64,000 nt of DNA from Torpedo marmorata (taxonomy: Eukaryota): NCBI GenBank assembly GCA_977017645.1, contig OZ360230.1:39928001-39992000 (forward strand), read 5' to 3'. The notes under the pieces were generated by a model, which saw only the letters and a program-made list of their open reading frames with translations, was not told where the DNA came from and made no database searches. Position numbers and translations under genes: made by a program. Numbering within the stretch: position 1 is the stretch's first letter; each line of letters starts with the position of its first letter. Shown one piece after another: positions 24,973 through 37,294 of the stretch.

Positions 24973-27900
24973 TCTTAAATGATTTGTACATCATTAAAAA
25001 CAAGTTGCCCAGTCACCAAGACTATCGTCAACTATTACCTTTTGCTTTCCCTTATCAATTTTTATCGAACTTGGAACTTCTATGATCAAATAGATTTATT
25101 GAGAGCAGGCTAAAATTGGAAAGTTCGATTAAAACCACCTCAGTTAATAAACACGCACTGAAATACAATGGCATTCCTTATTTCTAACACTGCCTTTTAG
25201 TTTAATGCTCAAATACTTCCTGTAGCAGGTGATCAAAACAGTTTATGATTAATTAGAAGCTATGGTAATTGTTGATATTGCTAGAAGTTTGTGGCTTTTG
25301 ATTCCTCTTATTTTGAAAAGTATTCCAGGTTATCTTTGAATCAAACAAAAAAAATCTCTTTATGAAAAGTGATTGTTCAGCTTTGATTTGCTAAATGTTT
25401 TCTTGTATAAAACATCAAAGTATGACAGACACTGTCAAAAACTTTCACATAAGTAATATTTTGCTTTCAGCATTTTTGCAGTAAAATCTGATAGCCATAA
25501 AGGCTCCTATGAATATAGTATCAAACTTATAAGTGAATATGTGGAAAATTACCACACTTGAAATGGTAATATGTATTGTCTTAACAGATGAAAGTATATT
25601 AATAATCATTTATGCTGTGCAGGTATGGATAAGTATTTAAAATCCTACTCAAGGCCCCAGATAAATGCTGCTAGCAATCCAGTGAAACAAGCAATAGCTT
25701 GAACTCTGCTTCGTCCTTGGAGATAGCTATTCAGAACTGCTTATAAAACGCCACTTCTACAATCTTTGAAGCCAATTATTATGGTTAAGTGAATAGTTCC
25801 TTGTAATAAAATCTCTACATTAGAGACAAATCTAGCTATTTTACAAGCATGGTGACTTTTTGCCCCTTGACATTCACAAATACCATCAGGCTGATGTGTT
25901 ATCTTGCTGCACATTTTAGGGTTGTGAGTAAACTGAGCTTGGGAGAGTTTCAATTCAAATTTAGTGGATAATTTCACAGCCTAAAACTACCAAAAGCACA
26001 GCACTGATCAAGTCTGACTAACTAAGACAGATTTATTTGGAGGCCATCTGAAATGGAACTGATCTCACGAGTACAAGAGGATATTGTTCCAAAAGGGGTA
26101 GATTTTAAAATCACTGTCCTAGTGTAAAACAGGCACTGCAGATCATCCAATTGTCACTGCAGTTTCATCCCCATTGCCATTTTAACAAAATTGAGAATAG
26201 GCAGGCAGTTTCTAGAAATGGGTACAGTCTATAGAGTACTATGCCAAAATAGCAAGTTACATAATGAGCTCCATTTTTTGGGCATTAATTAACTTTGACC
26301 TGCTTTTGACCAGAGTTAAGCATTTAAGCTAGACCACAAATTGGAAATTAAATTTTAAATCAGTCTTATTTCCATAACATTCCTCTGCACTGCCCAAATA
26401 AACATTTCCTCCTGTTCCAAAACTTATTTTTGCATCCTATTCCAAACACTTTAACAATGTTTAAGCATTAAAAGGCCACAATCTTTTGAAGCATTCAAAA
26501 GATTTACAAATAAAGTATTTTGTCGATCTTTTGGTGAAGAGCAAGGAATCAGATTGTCATTTAATGAAATCACCAGCAGGACAAAAAAGTGCAATCATTT
26601 TCTCATTTATTACTTACAGGGAGTTGGGGGGGAGGGGAATCAGTCTCCAGAAATTACAAACACACTGCCCATCCCAGGGCAGCTCATGTATGTATACATT
26701 GCCCAGGTACATAATATATACATAAAGAAAAGGAAGACTAAATGTGATTGTTTTTGAGTATGGTTTTGAATTCCATTGATGTTCAGTACCATATATATAT
26801 AGTGATGTTCGCATCTTGACTGCAATACATCTCACATAGGAAGGCAGAGTATAAAATTGTGAAATTAACTCAATGCGGATGGATGCATTACTGGTACTTT
26901 AACCATATCAGTGAAAGGGACTGTTCACCAAGGCCTGTACTTCAGTATTATGCTATGTATAAACAACTTGTATCCAAGAATAGAATCGTATTCTATTCTC
27001 ACTGAGTATATTCACAAGTTTTAAACAATATTTCTCTGTTTATATTTAGAACTGTATTTTACTTCCAGGCACATCAATAATGGATGTGCATCAAGAAAAA
27101 AAAGTTACTTTCAGTTCAAAAAAGTATCAATATAAAGGAAGCAAAAATGTTAAATATTATTCTGTATTTTCCAAACATTAGCAACTTTTTAAAAATCAAT
27201 ACTTCTCTATACTTAATAATTTACAGTGAAAACCTTAAATGTTTTTCAGCAGCACATGAAAGTCAAGGTTAATGCATGAGTGTTACAGTCCAGGTTAGGC
27301 ATCTGAGTTGCATTGCTGACAGTTTTTCCACTTCTTTTTACTGAGATTATTGAAATAGAATGTGCTGTTGAGGAAACTGAGGCAGATTCGCTGTAGTGCC
27401 TGTGTCAGATAGGCATGAGGACACACACAATGACGAACATGCAATCCAGTCGGAAAACTATGTCCTGAGGTTTCTGGCAGCAAACTGGAGTGATTTTGAT
27501 GTGTCGTACCATAATTTAGGTGAAAGAATGAGGTCCTAGTTGTACTGTACAAATTATTCGAAGCCTGGGGCATCGTTAAGTCCATGTAAGGCTTGCCGAA
27601 AGCTAAGATGTCATTCTGGAAAAGAAAAACACAAAGCAATTTAGGATTTTCTTGTTGAACAAATTCAGTCACAGGAAATACAATATAGCCAATACATATG
27701 CACACTTACTTACAAAGCTTAAAAGTAGTACAAATACAAGGAAAAAATCTTTTCAATCTTATCCTTTTGATTCCTATATCATAAGTAACTGAATCTCACA
27801 ATTTCTTTATAATACAATATACAATGCCATTTTATTATGAAAACAAACATGCACACATGCAAAGAATGGAACATGTCCAAATTTTGAAGGAAGGCGCAAC

Positions 27901-28204
27901 ATTCCAGTCTACAATCACATATAGAAATGGCACTATCCTAACTTGCAGGTAGGTACAAAGGACTTAATCATCTCCACGTCAATCTACAGGCAACTTCCAA
28001 TGCAACACTGTATAGTTGGCAAAATATGACCACCATAATTGCAATGGAAACCCATTAAAATGAATCGACAAAAAAGTAATTCTTCTGTTTTAATCCTATC
28101 CTTGAATACAATTAAAATTTTGTTCCAGGTAATTACTGAAGTTCACTTTCTTCAAGCAGCTGCCATTAGTGAGTACTGAATATATGAACAGTTTACATGG
28201 GGTT

Positions 28205-28369
28205 TGTCGTGTCCTGCATTAATTTAGTCACTTCTTAGTTGAACAGTTAGCATACTTTATTTTCAAACAAGATGCTGCACACATAAACTGAAGCGCGCCC
28301 TTACCGCGTCGCTTACGTAATCCCGTCACCTGCGTAACTTGCGTGATGACATAACGCGTTCCCATAACA
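28205..28369 (-). repeat. 3' LTR, with PPT (ggggggaagag on minus strand) at 28370-28380
   Basis: Direct repeat of 32324-32485. Confidence 0.95.
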
Positions 28370-28530
28370 CTCTTCCCCCCAAAATACTAGTACATAGATA
28401 ATAAGTCTAACTAAGTTAACTTAACTAAATTTCGTGTTTATATATATATATATATAAAAATATATCCATCCTTGTGATTCTACCGAAACTTATCTAACCC
28501 TAACTTATCTAATTATATTTCACCCCCTTC

Positions 28531-31500
28531 TTATGTCTTTAAATCACTGCACATATCCTTAAGATGTGCTGGGGGGTGTCTTTCTCTCTGGGATCTCCTT
28601 GGGAGTGGAGAACACCGAACAGGGGTACGAGTTTCTGACCTTTCCGGAGCAGCTAATTTCTCCTCGTTCCTTGCTTTCTGGGATCTCCTCGGGAGTGGAG
28701 AACACTGAACAGGGGAACGAGTTTCCGACCTTTCCGGAGCAGCTAATTTCTCCTCATTCCTTGGCACAACGGTTTGTCTCTCGGATGCTTAGCCAGCCCC
28801 TTGCCCTGGCGCAGCCTCCCCTGCTGGTATATCCATAACCAGTACCGGGGCTTTCTAAGGGGTCGCAAAATCTGGCTGTGTCCAAACAGGAAAGTCTTAG
28901 AGCTCTTCTGGGGCTGATTTGAAACTGTAGTCTTCGATTGCTCTTAGCTGGTCTATGTGTCTTTTCCATATGTTGTCCCCGACCAGTACAGAATATGAGC
29001 ATGGGCTTAGTTTTTTTTAAGAGCACGCCTCTTACCCAAGTCTCTTTATTTTGCCTGTAGTCTCTTACGAGTACTGGTTCCCCAATCTCCAAAGATCTGG
29101 TTGGTTTGTTTGGTGATGTTGATTGTTGGATGCGGAGTCCGATATTTGGGTGTACTGCAGTAAGTCGTGTTCTTAAGTTGAGTCCAAACATCAGTTCTGC
29201 TGGCGATGTGAATCCTATGCCATGGTTGTGACGGCCATTTCCATGGATTGGCTTCTGCTTGAGGTGCCTTCGGTTACATTTCTTGACAGATGTGGCACCT
29301 CGGTACCAACTGTTCAATGTCCCTATCAATTTCTGGCCACCAGACGTGCATACGTGCCAGCGCCTTCATCCGCACCATTCCGGGATGACTGGTGTGGAGC
29401 TCCTGTAGCAAAGCCTCCTGCCATTTTTTTGGAATGATCGTTCTTGTCCCCCACAACAGGCAACCCTCTTCAATGGATATTTCATTTCGCCTTGTGTAAA
29501 ACGGCCTCAGTTCGGGGGTGATGCTCTCGGCGTCTGGCCACCCATTCAAGGTGAGGTACATAACTTTTAACAATGTAGCCTCCTTTCTTACTTCTTGGCT
29601 GATGGACTTAGATGTGATTGGTAATTGACGCAGTTGTTCTTGGTTGATAGCCGTGGCTTCTGACGTCCAATTGATATTCCTTTCCATCTGTTCTGTCGTC
29701 GGCAGGGTAAGTGTGATAATGCGTCCGCATGGCCGTTCTTGTCCGCAGAGCGATGTTTTTTTATCATAATCATACGCCGCAAGCTCCATCGCCCACCTTT
29801 GGATTCTTGCCGCCGCTAATACTGGGATACCTTTCTTCGGTCCTAAAATTAAACTCAGTGGTTTGTTATCTGTTACCAAAGTGAACTTTCTACCGTATAA
29901 GTATTGGTGAAATCGTTTAAGACCAAATATAATGGCCAGTCCTTCCTTTTCTATTTGTGCACAATTTAATTCGCAGGCCGTTAAGGAGCGGGACGCATAT
30001 GCCACTGGCTGTTCCCCTTTTTCTGTGGTTTGTGATAACACTGCCCCCAGGCCAACTGGTGAAGCATCGACAGCTAAGGTCACTTCTTTATCTGGCTCAT
30101 AGTGGATAAGAACATTATCACTTGAGGTCAATAGTTCCTTCAACCGATTAAAAACCTTGTCCGTTTCATTATTCCAGCACCATTTATGATCTTTCTTTAA
30201 TAATTGGTTTAGCGGGCTGCAAGGGGTAGACATGTTAGAAATGTGCTTTCGATAATGATTAACCAACCCCAAGAACGATTGCAACTTCGCTCGGTTTGAT
30301 GGGCAGGGAGCACTGCGAACGGCTTCGGTGCCCGCTGTATCCATTCTGACCTCTTTGTGGTCAATCGTGAACCTCAAATATGTTACTGAGGGCGCCATAA
30401 AGACACACTTTTCTTGATGCAGTCGAACTTTAGCCTGTTCTAACCTGGCTAGTACCTTTTCCAGGGTTGTTAGGTGTTCTGCGTCGTCCTGACCCATAAT
30501 GATAATGTCGTCTCAGTAACATCCAACATTTATTCCTTGTAATAATTTATCCATCACTGACTGAAATATCCCTGGTGCTGATGATATCCCATATGGCATT
30601 TTGGTATACGTAAACAATCCTAGGTGGGTGTTGATAGCCCCATATTTTTTTTGATTCCAGATTAAGTCTAATTTAGTGAACTTTTTTCCCCCATTCAGGG
30701 CTTGAAATAGTTCCTCCGCTCTTGGAATTGTATGTCCGGGCACTTGCAGGGCTTGGTTTATTGTGACCTTGTAATCGCCACAAATTCTTATTTCGCCGCT
30801 GGGTTTTCTGACCGGTATGATAGGAGCAGCCCAGTCACTAATTGAAGTTTCTCGATTATTCCTTCCGCTTCTAGTCTATTCAGTTCGGTCTCAATTCCCC
30901 TCTTTATCGCAAAAGGTACTGGCCTTGGTTTAAAAAACTTAGGTTTTGCTTCAGGTTTTACTTGTAATTTGACTTGGACTTCCCAGGCTCTTTCCAAACA
31001 CGGATTGATACTTCTGAAACACTTGTTGTAACTTTGATTTCTCGTCATCCACTGTTTGTACCTTCTTCATGGCCCAAATTTCCTTCCAATCTAGTGGAAT
31101 GTGTGCCAACCAATTTCTTCCCAACAATGCAGGTCCTTTCGTCCCTACAATATAGAGAGATAGTCCTTTCTTTGAACTTCCTTTAAACAATGTCGGACTG
31201 TTTTATGTCAAGCTTTGGCAGTAGCTTTTCTTTCAGATTTTTTGACATTAAGGACACAGCAGCCCCAGTGTCGAGTTCCATGTGGACCGGTTCATTATTG
31301 ATTTTCATTCGAACAAGAATTTCCGACATGCGATTACTTACACTGCAGATATAATGTACTGACACTGTTCCTTCTTCTTCGGAGTTACTTTGGTATTCTG
31401 GCTCACTTTCTTCATCTCCCCTAAAGTTTTTAACTTTGGAAGATCGTTTCTTATACTTCAATGGCGGGGTTTTCATCCTCCTGTGGTTCTCTTTCTTTTC

Positions 31501-32176
31501 GTTCCATCCTGGGCACCTTGTCTTGGTGTGCCCCACCTTATCACATAAGAAACATTTAGCATTTTTGAAAAAACAGTTATTAGGGCTGTGGTTGTTCCTC
31601 CCACATCGGAAACATTCTCGTCAGTCCATTTTCTTGACCACGTGCTTCCCCTGTATAATCTCGGTATTATGTTGGGTCATTTCGAAACTCAATGCTATGT
31701 CATAGGCGTACTTGATATCTAATTCCTTTGCACTTAACAATCTTTATTGGGCCTGACCGTTCGCTAACCCGATCACCAATTATGTCTCTCAATGCTTCAT
31801 CCAAAAAGGTACCAAAATTAAATGTTTCGGACAGCTTACGCAGTTCAGCCAGATATTGGCTAACTGTTTCCCCAGATTTTTGCTTTCTGGTGTAAAATTT
31901 AAATCTTTCGGCGATTACTGACGGTTTTGGTGATAGATGTTCTCCAACCAGGTCACACAATTCCTTATAAGACTTGGAATTTGGTTTTTGTGGTGCCACT
32001 AAAGTCTTGATCAGACTATATGTTCTGCTTCCCACTTCACTTAAAAACAATGCCAGTTTTTTCTTATGGATCTCAGTATCACTCACATCATGGGCCATAC
32101 AGTACATGTCAAATCTATCCACATAATCAAGCCAGTCTTCGGTCTCCTTATACTCTCCAAAACGTCCTTCTGCCAT
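28531..32176 (-). pseudogene. Disrupted gag-pol of the Gypsy element
   Basis: ORFs 31700-32176 (Gag), 31183-31536 (protease), 30513-30743 and 29274-30497 (RT/RNase H/integrase zinc finger); several frameshifts. Confidence 0.93.
28588..28763 (-). repeat. 90-bp (30-codon) tandem duplication at the pol C-terminus
   Basis: NEEKLAAPERSETRxPVxCSPLPRRSQ occurs twice. Confidence 0.85.
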
Positions 32177-32307
32177 TTTTTATTGCTGCTGAATTCTTTT
32201 TTTCCTCCTGCTGTCTTTTGACGTTAATTTTGACGAAATTCCCTTAACTCCTGATTTCTTTTTAGCTGAAACCCTGTAGATTCCGTCGTCCAGAGTTCGG
32301 ATTTTTT

Positions 32308-32320
32308 ATCCTCGTCGCCA
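32308..32320 (-). other. Primer-binding site complementary to the tRNA-Ser(GCU) 3' end
   Basis: TGGCGACGAGGAT, 3 nt inside the 5' LTR. Confidence 0.8.
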
Positions 32321-32323
32321 GTC

Positions 32324-32485
32324 TGTCGTGTCCGCATTAATTTAGTCACTACTTTGTTGAACAGTTAGCACACTTTATTTTCAAGCAAGTTGATGCACAT
32401 AAACTGAACCGTGCCCTTACCGCGTCGCTTACGTAATCCCGTCACCCGCGTAACTTGCGTGATGATGTAACGCGTTCCCATAACA
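32324..32485 (-). repeat. 5' LTR
   Basis: Direct repeat of 28205-28369 with several substitutions and indels. Confidence 0.95.
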
Positions 32486-34152
32486 GGGTTAAGGCAATTG
32501 AGACCTTTGTTAACAGCATAGGAGAAAAATCAATATACAACTCAGCTCCCATTTTCAACTTAAAACCAATTCATTCTTAACCACCAATTTAAATAAATCC
32601 CCAAATTTTGCTAATTTTCATACATTTTGGTGACGATATATTACAATTATGAAAAGCAAGTTATGTCAGTTTGCAAATTCAACATTTCAGAATAAAACTG
32701 GCCAAAAATGTTACAACCATTTTTGCATCCAAATATTTTCTATTGTATAGTTTATTTTGTTGAGTTCAAGATTGGCAATTGTTCTGAAAATTCCTTCACT
32801 CAAACCACTGAGAAAGCATTGTGGCTAAAGGTAGCTAGAACTTTCACTCACATTTTCCCCCCGTCCTATTTTTCTATTGGGTTGATTTTATTAAGTAATG
32901 AAAATTAGGAGTGCAGAAACTTTGAAAGATAACACTGGAATGAAAGAGTTTAACCAGGGTCAAGAGTCTTTTAGCAGCCAAATCAGGTTGTGTCATTTCA
33001 ATAATCTAATTACACATAATTATAGTACTCAGGAAGGAAATCAAATTAAATGGCAGTCAGATGCAATTTCTCAGGATGAGCCAAGGCAGTGCATTTATTA
33101 GTTTGCATTTCGACGGACACCTGATAACCATTATGTTCTTCTGTTGCAACTATTTTTTCAATGTACAAACTGTCAAATGCAATAGAAAATTGAGGATAAA
33201 ACACAAGACGACATTTCTATCAGGCCAAATCACAAACATGTTGAGTTCTGCTTATTTTGAACAAATGCTCTTCTTCCCACCACAACTTTACAACAGCTTT
33301 GAAACAGCAACGGATGAAAGAGATAGTCAAAAGGCTGGCTATATAACAGTCATTGAAAAATGATCTGGAAAGAGAACAGCCAGTAAGAACCAATGTGTAA
33401 AATGACCCTTCTGAAGTCAGTGGTACTATTTGAACACTAGGAGCTGAACCATAAATCAGGAATAAAATGTGCCTGCAATGAATGACAAGATCTTAAGATT
33501 ATGACCCTTTAAGACTTCAAAACATCAAGAATTACATTTAACATTCAGTCTTATCAAAAAGTGGCTAGAATGAAGTATGAAGTGTGCAATTGTAGTTTAA
33601 CTGCATCAGACAGCTTATATGCTGCCAGGGTGGGTACAGGAACTTTATGAGAACATTTGTAAAATGCTGGCCAATGTCTTCTGGAGTCACATCCATGTAG
33701 TGAAACACAGAGGTTAAAATTTTACATCACCATCCACTGGAAGTGAATTTAAAGATTCAGAGCAAAATCCGTTCTACTTCTCCTCGAGATACTTCATTTT
33801 ACCCAACTACAGTACATGGGTTGTAGTAGGGTATATACAAGTCATACAAGTTTGTTTAATGTAATGTGTACCAAGATGCAGTGATAACGGCTGTTTTACA
33901 AGCAGACCAGTTGACATCTCATATATACCGTATATTTCGGCGTATAAGTCGACCCCCTTTTTTTAAGCCTCATTTTAATGGTTTTATTGTACATCCGGCG
34001 TATAAGTCGACCCCCAATTTTCGGACTGTCCGGGCCTCCCAGCAACAACCCAAAATTTGTTACAACACCCCAATCACCAAGTAACAAAGCTGTAAATTAA
34101 GCAAGTAAGTTAAAAATAAAGTAAAAAAAAACCTTTGCTTCTGGCCGGGAAG

Positions 34153-34308
34153 ATGCCAAACGGAGCTGGGTCCAAGTCTTCAGCTTCGGCTGCAGCCAGA
34201 GTCGGCGACGGGCCACTCCATTCTCCACATCGGGTGCGGTGCCACCCACATCGAAGAAGTCGCCTCGCTGCCCAAGTGTGCTCTGTGCAGGAACCACGGC
34301 ATGTGTCG
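34153..34308 (+). pseudogene. DMRT1: Captured DMRT1-like exon-1 fragment (start codon to first half of the DM domain)
   Basis: With single-base indels reads MPNGAGSKSSASAAARVGDG/TPFSTSGAVPPTSKKSP(R)/LPKCALCRNHG/VS; vertebrate DMRT1 is MPN...SKKSPRLPKCARCRNHGY(V/A)S. Confidence 0.85.
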
Positions 34309-34575
34309 GCTCCCAGGTAGGAGCGGCGACCTCCTTCTCTCGGGCAGGAGCGGCGACCTCGTTCTCCCGGGCAGGAGCGGCGACCTCATTCTCTCGGCAG
34401 GAGCAGGAACCTCGGCCTCCGTGGCAGAAGCGGTGACCTTGGCTGACGTGGCAGGAGCGGCGACCTCGTTCTCCCAGCAGGTCGGGAATGGACTCGGACT
34501 ATGTGGCAGGAGCGGGAACCTCACCCTACCGGCCAGGAGCCTCGGCTTACCGGGTAGGAGCGGGGACCTCGGGCT
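34309..34575 (+). repeat. GC-rich minisatellite of about 24 bp
   Basis: About 9 units resembling ggcaggagcggcgacctcnttctc. Confidence 0.85.
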
Positions 34576-34844
34576 CTACAATTGTAGAATGTCTGGGTGG
34601 TTTATGGCAGCGCCCAGCGGTGGGGAGGTGCTTCCAGGGTCGACCTATACGCCGAATTGGTTTTTCATGGGTCGACTTATATGCCGAATCGGGTTTTCAA
34701 GGGTCGACATACGCCGAATCAGCGTGGAGAGGTTTTTGAGCTGATTTTAAGGTCTCCAAAGTATATCCGGTGTATAAGTCGACTCCTGTTTTTTGAGAGA
34801 TTTTTGAGGGTTTCAAGACTCGACTTATACGCCAAAATATACGG

Positions 34845-35150
34845 TAATACATTTAGATACAATACAGAAGTGGAATGTTTCAGAGAGATCAGTTGGTACA
34901 GAACAAAGGCAGTGCAATTTTACTATTTTCAAGTTCATTCAGGAGTCTGCTAACAGCCAGAAAGAAACTGTCTTTGAATCCGGTGAAACAGTGAATCTGG
35001 TGGTGCTTGATATCATACTCATAAATCTACTTGATGAGTGCGGGGTGAAGAAAGCGTGGCCGTGGTGGGATAGGTCTTTTAATACGTTGGCTGCTTTTCC
35101 AAGGATTTGGGAGTTTTTAGATGGACGGCAATGTTAATTTGTGTGTGATC
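34845..35150 (-). mobile_element. Degenerate Rex/Babar-type 3' fragment (tail at about 33840-33925), interrupted by the pogo MITE
   Basis: KAANVLKDLSHHGHAFF motif on the minus strand. Confidence 0.55.
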
Positions 35151-36369
35151 AGAAGTCCACACAGATCAAATGGAACACAAACTTTTGATGCATTTTATCT
35201 GGAGCTTTAAATTTAGATTATAATTTACAAAAAATGTTCAAAATACAAATGGATACATTTGACTTTAATATATAACAATTTTATCTATTGAAGTTTTTGA
35301 AATTCGTGCTTCCACAATTTTAAACGTTGAGACTCGAGTGATTCTTCCAGTCACCTCGCATGGTTCCTCCTCCTTCAGATTCCTTCGCCAACATTTCCCT
35401 CATCTGGTCCCATTTTCTCAACAGCTTCAGTTCTTACCAACGGTACTTGTCATTCCATGCCCAATTATTATCTTCAAATCTTTTCAAGGTCTCTGCAACA
35501 TTTTCTTCATATCCTCACATATTTATTCCTCTGGTTAAAAGTTTATAGAAAGTATTTTGCTTAAATTTAGAAGAACACAACTGTTAGATTACCAACACTT
35601 ACATGTTGAAGCAGCAGCACGCATAGCCTTAACTTTTTTTTTATTTTTGAACGTTATTTTTGAAGATATTTTAAAAATATAAAAAAGTAAACATGCTTAA
35701 AATCTATCTGGGTGTATCATTTAGTGTCGTAAATTTACTGCATAATTTGAAAGATGAATAAATACGATATTTTTCAGTTCAATATATCTGAATCAATTAT
35801 GGCATTTAAACTACTTACACGGAACAGAATAACTTTAAAAATAGGTTCAAAAAAGATGTTGCTCATATCATTTGTGACCTACTAATCATCCATTTGTATC
35901 ATCCACCTTTCTCATAAGCACAGCAATTCAATACCTGTGCTGGTAGCACTGACAAAGTCAATGCATTGAAGTCCAGATTAATGTCAAGACAATGACCAAT
36001 CTAATCAATTATGACCTTATTCAGGCAACAATAATTGCAGTCCAAAGTTCTTTTATATGTCACGTTTATATGTGATAGATTTTTAAAAAGCTTATAAAAA
36101 TGTAACTAAGTTTATCTTAGCTGCACTCTGGGCCTTTCAAAAAAATCAGTACAGGAAGCCATTGGGGTAGAGATTGTGCTGATGATAGCGACCCTATCAG
36201 AGCATCTGTTCTAATGCAATTTCTTTATGAATTTCCCATGTCTTTTACTATTTTCAATCATTTATCTAATTATGATTGTAATTCAGTTAATTTATCATCT
36301 TCTGATCTGGTTTTTCAACCCTCCCTGGGAAATGCCTTGGAAATAGTTACACTCACAGGAACTGTCTTA

Positions 36370-36625
36370 TTTAATTTTTTTTAAAATTTAGACATACAGC
36401 ACAGTAACAGGCCATTTCGGCCCACGAGTCCATGCCTCCATATTTACACACAATTAACCTACACCCCCGGTACGTTTCGAATGGTGGGAGGAAACCAGAG
36501 CTCCCTAGGAAAACCCACGCAGACACGGGGAGAACATACAAACTCCATACAGGCAGCGTGGGATTCGAACCCTGGTCCCGATTGCTGGCACTGTAAAGGC
36601 ATTGCGCTAACCGCTACGCCAACCA
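36370..36625 (-). mobile_element. tRNA SINE
   Basis: Same family. Confidence 0.9.
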
Positions 36626-37294
36626 TTCATATATTTCAAGAGAGTCTGCTAATCAAGAGAAAACAAGGCTTTCATTGCAAAATAAATTTTAATGTTCAAC
36701 CACAAAGAATAAAAATGCAATTCAACAAATGCACACAATACTTATGAGAAACAGACCGCAATGTTGTCGGTGATCTCCCATGTTAAATTGGCATCTATAT
36801 TTGAATTTCCAATGTCAAAATGCCACTTTTATCCTTGGTCAGTGTTGAAGTGAAGAATAAAAACTAGTCACTCGACAGAAGAATTTAAAACACTTTCTTT
36901 ATGCCAAGAATAAAACAATTCTAATAAATATAATATAGAAAATAAGTATCCAATTAAAAAGGTTAAATCTAATAGCTCAAATACTAAAGAAAATTGATCA
37001 AATATTCAGTACATTACACAATTACTGTAAATAATTCTTCAGTATTTATTTCATGATGTAGCAAATGTACAAGATACCAAAAAGATTTAAATTGTTATTC
37101 AGGGCTCACAAGAACAAAAAAAAAATGCACACTTTGTGCTCCCTTTCAAGTTTATAACATTGTACATAGTCAACCATCAGTTTAAAAAGAATGTTGACAA
37201 TGCTTTGGTTTTCCATTTTCACGAGATTTTATTATTCCATTTATTCCAAAGTCTCATTTACTGCAAGGAAAATGTAACGTCTTCTGTTCTACTA

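Larger units (their letters stand above)
28205..32485 (-). mobile_element. Gypsy (Mag-clade-like) LTR retrotransposon, both LTRs present, degenerate
   Basis: About 165-bp TG...CA LTRs, 5-bp TSD gggtt, PBS, PPT. Gag with two CCHC knuckles, protease LDTGA, RT (Y*DD), RNase H DAS, integrase HHCC. Confidence 0.97.
33928..34844 (+). mobile_element. Non-autonomous pogo/Tc2-type DNA transposon with DMRT1-like cargo and GC-rich minisatellite
   Basis: TA-ccgtatatttcggcgtataagtcga ... tcgacttatacgccaaaatatacgg-TA; ends match 58574-60453. Confidence 0.93.

Noticed and set aside
34097-34297. Minus-strand exon-like reading STLGQRGDFF...RPEAK in the MITE cargo
   Set aside because: Better explained as the antisense of the plus-strand DMRT1 fragment
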